64,000 bases of DNA. Origin: Perna viridis. Its lineage: Eukaryota. The translations under genes were made by a program, and so were the position numbers. The stretch covers positions 35,798,704 to 35,862,703 of the forward strand of contig CM074521.1 of the NCBI GenBank assembly GCA_037379345.1. The letters are read 5' to 3'. Below the pieces are notes generated by a model that had not been told where the DNA came from, did no database searches, and saw only the letters and a program-made list of their open reading frames with translations. Below, piece by piece: positions 62,815 to 64,000 of this stretch. Position 1 is the first letter of the stretch. Each line of letters opens with the position of its first letter.

Positions 62815-64000
62815 TTAATGTCCTGACAGATCAGTCAGCAACTTTCTAATATTATCACTCATATTACTGTTAAATATATCATAGCCAGTATCATTTAGGT
62901 GGACACCATCGTCACGGTACAATGATCTGTTGACATTTCTGATGTCGGGATGGTGTATCATGAATCCTCCAACAGACTCGAGGACAGGTCTGAGGAGTTT
63001 ATTGATATATATTCGCTCCTCCTCCCCCTCCTCGTTACTTGGAGCACCTCGCCAATTGATCCTCGACAAAATCTCATTATAAATGATTGTTGTGTTAGGA
63101 CAAGTTTTTTTGATAGTACCTAGGTCTGTTTTAACCATCCTGACAAAGTCCTTTGGCCTGACATAACCGACATCATTGGACCCGACATATAGCATTAAGA
63201 CATCAGGAGGAGGTTTACATCTTACAAGTTCATGTAGTTTAGGTAGAAGTCCATTCCATCTCATTCCCCTGGTTCCATACCATTCTATTAAAGCATCTGA
63301 GGTCCTGATGCCGAGGTTGATATCACGTTGTTGTGATACTCTCTTGTGAGCCCAGAACACTATTGATGATCCTACTATCGAAATGGATGCTGAATTTCAA
63401 ATTATAAATCTACTTTAACATACACACACAAAGGAAGGAAACCACATAACTAATAAGATAAAATCAAAATCTTTAAAGTTTCTTCATATTGAATATCTTA
63501 TTTCAAGATGAATGAATATACTTGATTTAAGAACAGACATTAATACATTTCAATTCATCTTATTTTTTTTAAATAATATACATATTAATCTATTCAGATG
63601 TATAGCAGTAATAATGTGTTAATCTCTAAGTAGAAAGTTGATTTTTATTGTCTGTTCAGTATTACATTACCCAATATGGTAAATTATATTAATTACAAAG
63701 AACATTAGAATAATATCTATAAGTAGATAAAAATGATAAGTACATGAACTAACTTCTGGCCCCTCGTTCCCTCATTCCTGGAGTCATATCAGCTGATTGT
63801 AACCATCCCTTTACTGGGGGTGTGTTTATTGATCCACGCCTGTGGTTTGACCTTTCCCTTGACATTGATCTACTCCTAGATGACCTGTAGTAATCTGACC
63901 TCTTTCTCTCATTTGACCTAGACCTTTCTCTTGGTCTCCTTGACCTTATAGGGGATTGACTTCTTGACCTACTTTGAGAAGAAGCATGGGAATAATCTGA
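62815..64000 (-). CDS. 3' end of an unnamed gene: RS-rich exon spliced to an SGNH/GDSL hydrolase exon
   Basis: Exon >64000-63754 is open (SRSRSQSPIRSRRPRERSRS...RSSRSRSMSRERS), ends phase 1 at A|gttag. Exon 63389-62815 follows ttcag, phase 1, and encodes IVGSSI (block I), RGM (II), VGSND (III), DGVHL (V). Confidence 0.82.

Noticed and set aside
8066-64000. Functional cluster of splicing genes (GEMIN2, SF3B1, RS protein)
   Set aside because: Three genes in a housekeeping-rich region can co-occur by chance; the sequence gives no evidence of co-regulation.

Overview
AT-rich, intron-rich animal DNA. The repeat content suggests a bivalve mollusc, probably an oyster (inference). I reconstructed these genes by reading splice sites and checking phase: (1) the right part of a PIF/Harbinger element, with an intact intronless DDE transposase (-) and a spliced Myb/SANT partner gene (+) whose intron holds nested repeats; (2) GEMIN2 (+, 8 coding exons, 269 aa); (3) COQ10 (-, 4 resolved exons, one GC-AG intron, first exon unresolved); (4) SF3B1 (+, 20 coding exons, 1345 aa), head-to-head with COQ10 as in human; (5) the 3' end of an unnamed gene (-) that splices an RS-rich exon in frame to an SGNH esterase exon. 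The introns contain Helentron-type elements, MITEs, LINE and Penelope fragments, and satellites. Best leads: (a) SF3B1 intron 4, at the same position as the human retained intron that carries decoy exons, contains cryptic frameshifting exons, a branch point and pyrimidine tract with no terminal AG, two abutting 14-16 bp helices and a hairpin at the 3' splice site, which makes it a candidate splicing-autoregulation module; (b) the RS-SGNH fusion gene; (c) four separate tandem amplifications of real exon-intron junctions; (d) a TSD-delimited retroposon whose head is a structured non-tRNA RNA. All of this was read by eye and no searches were run.
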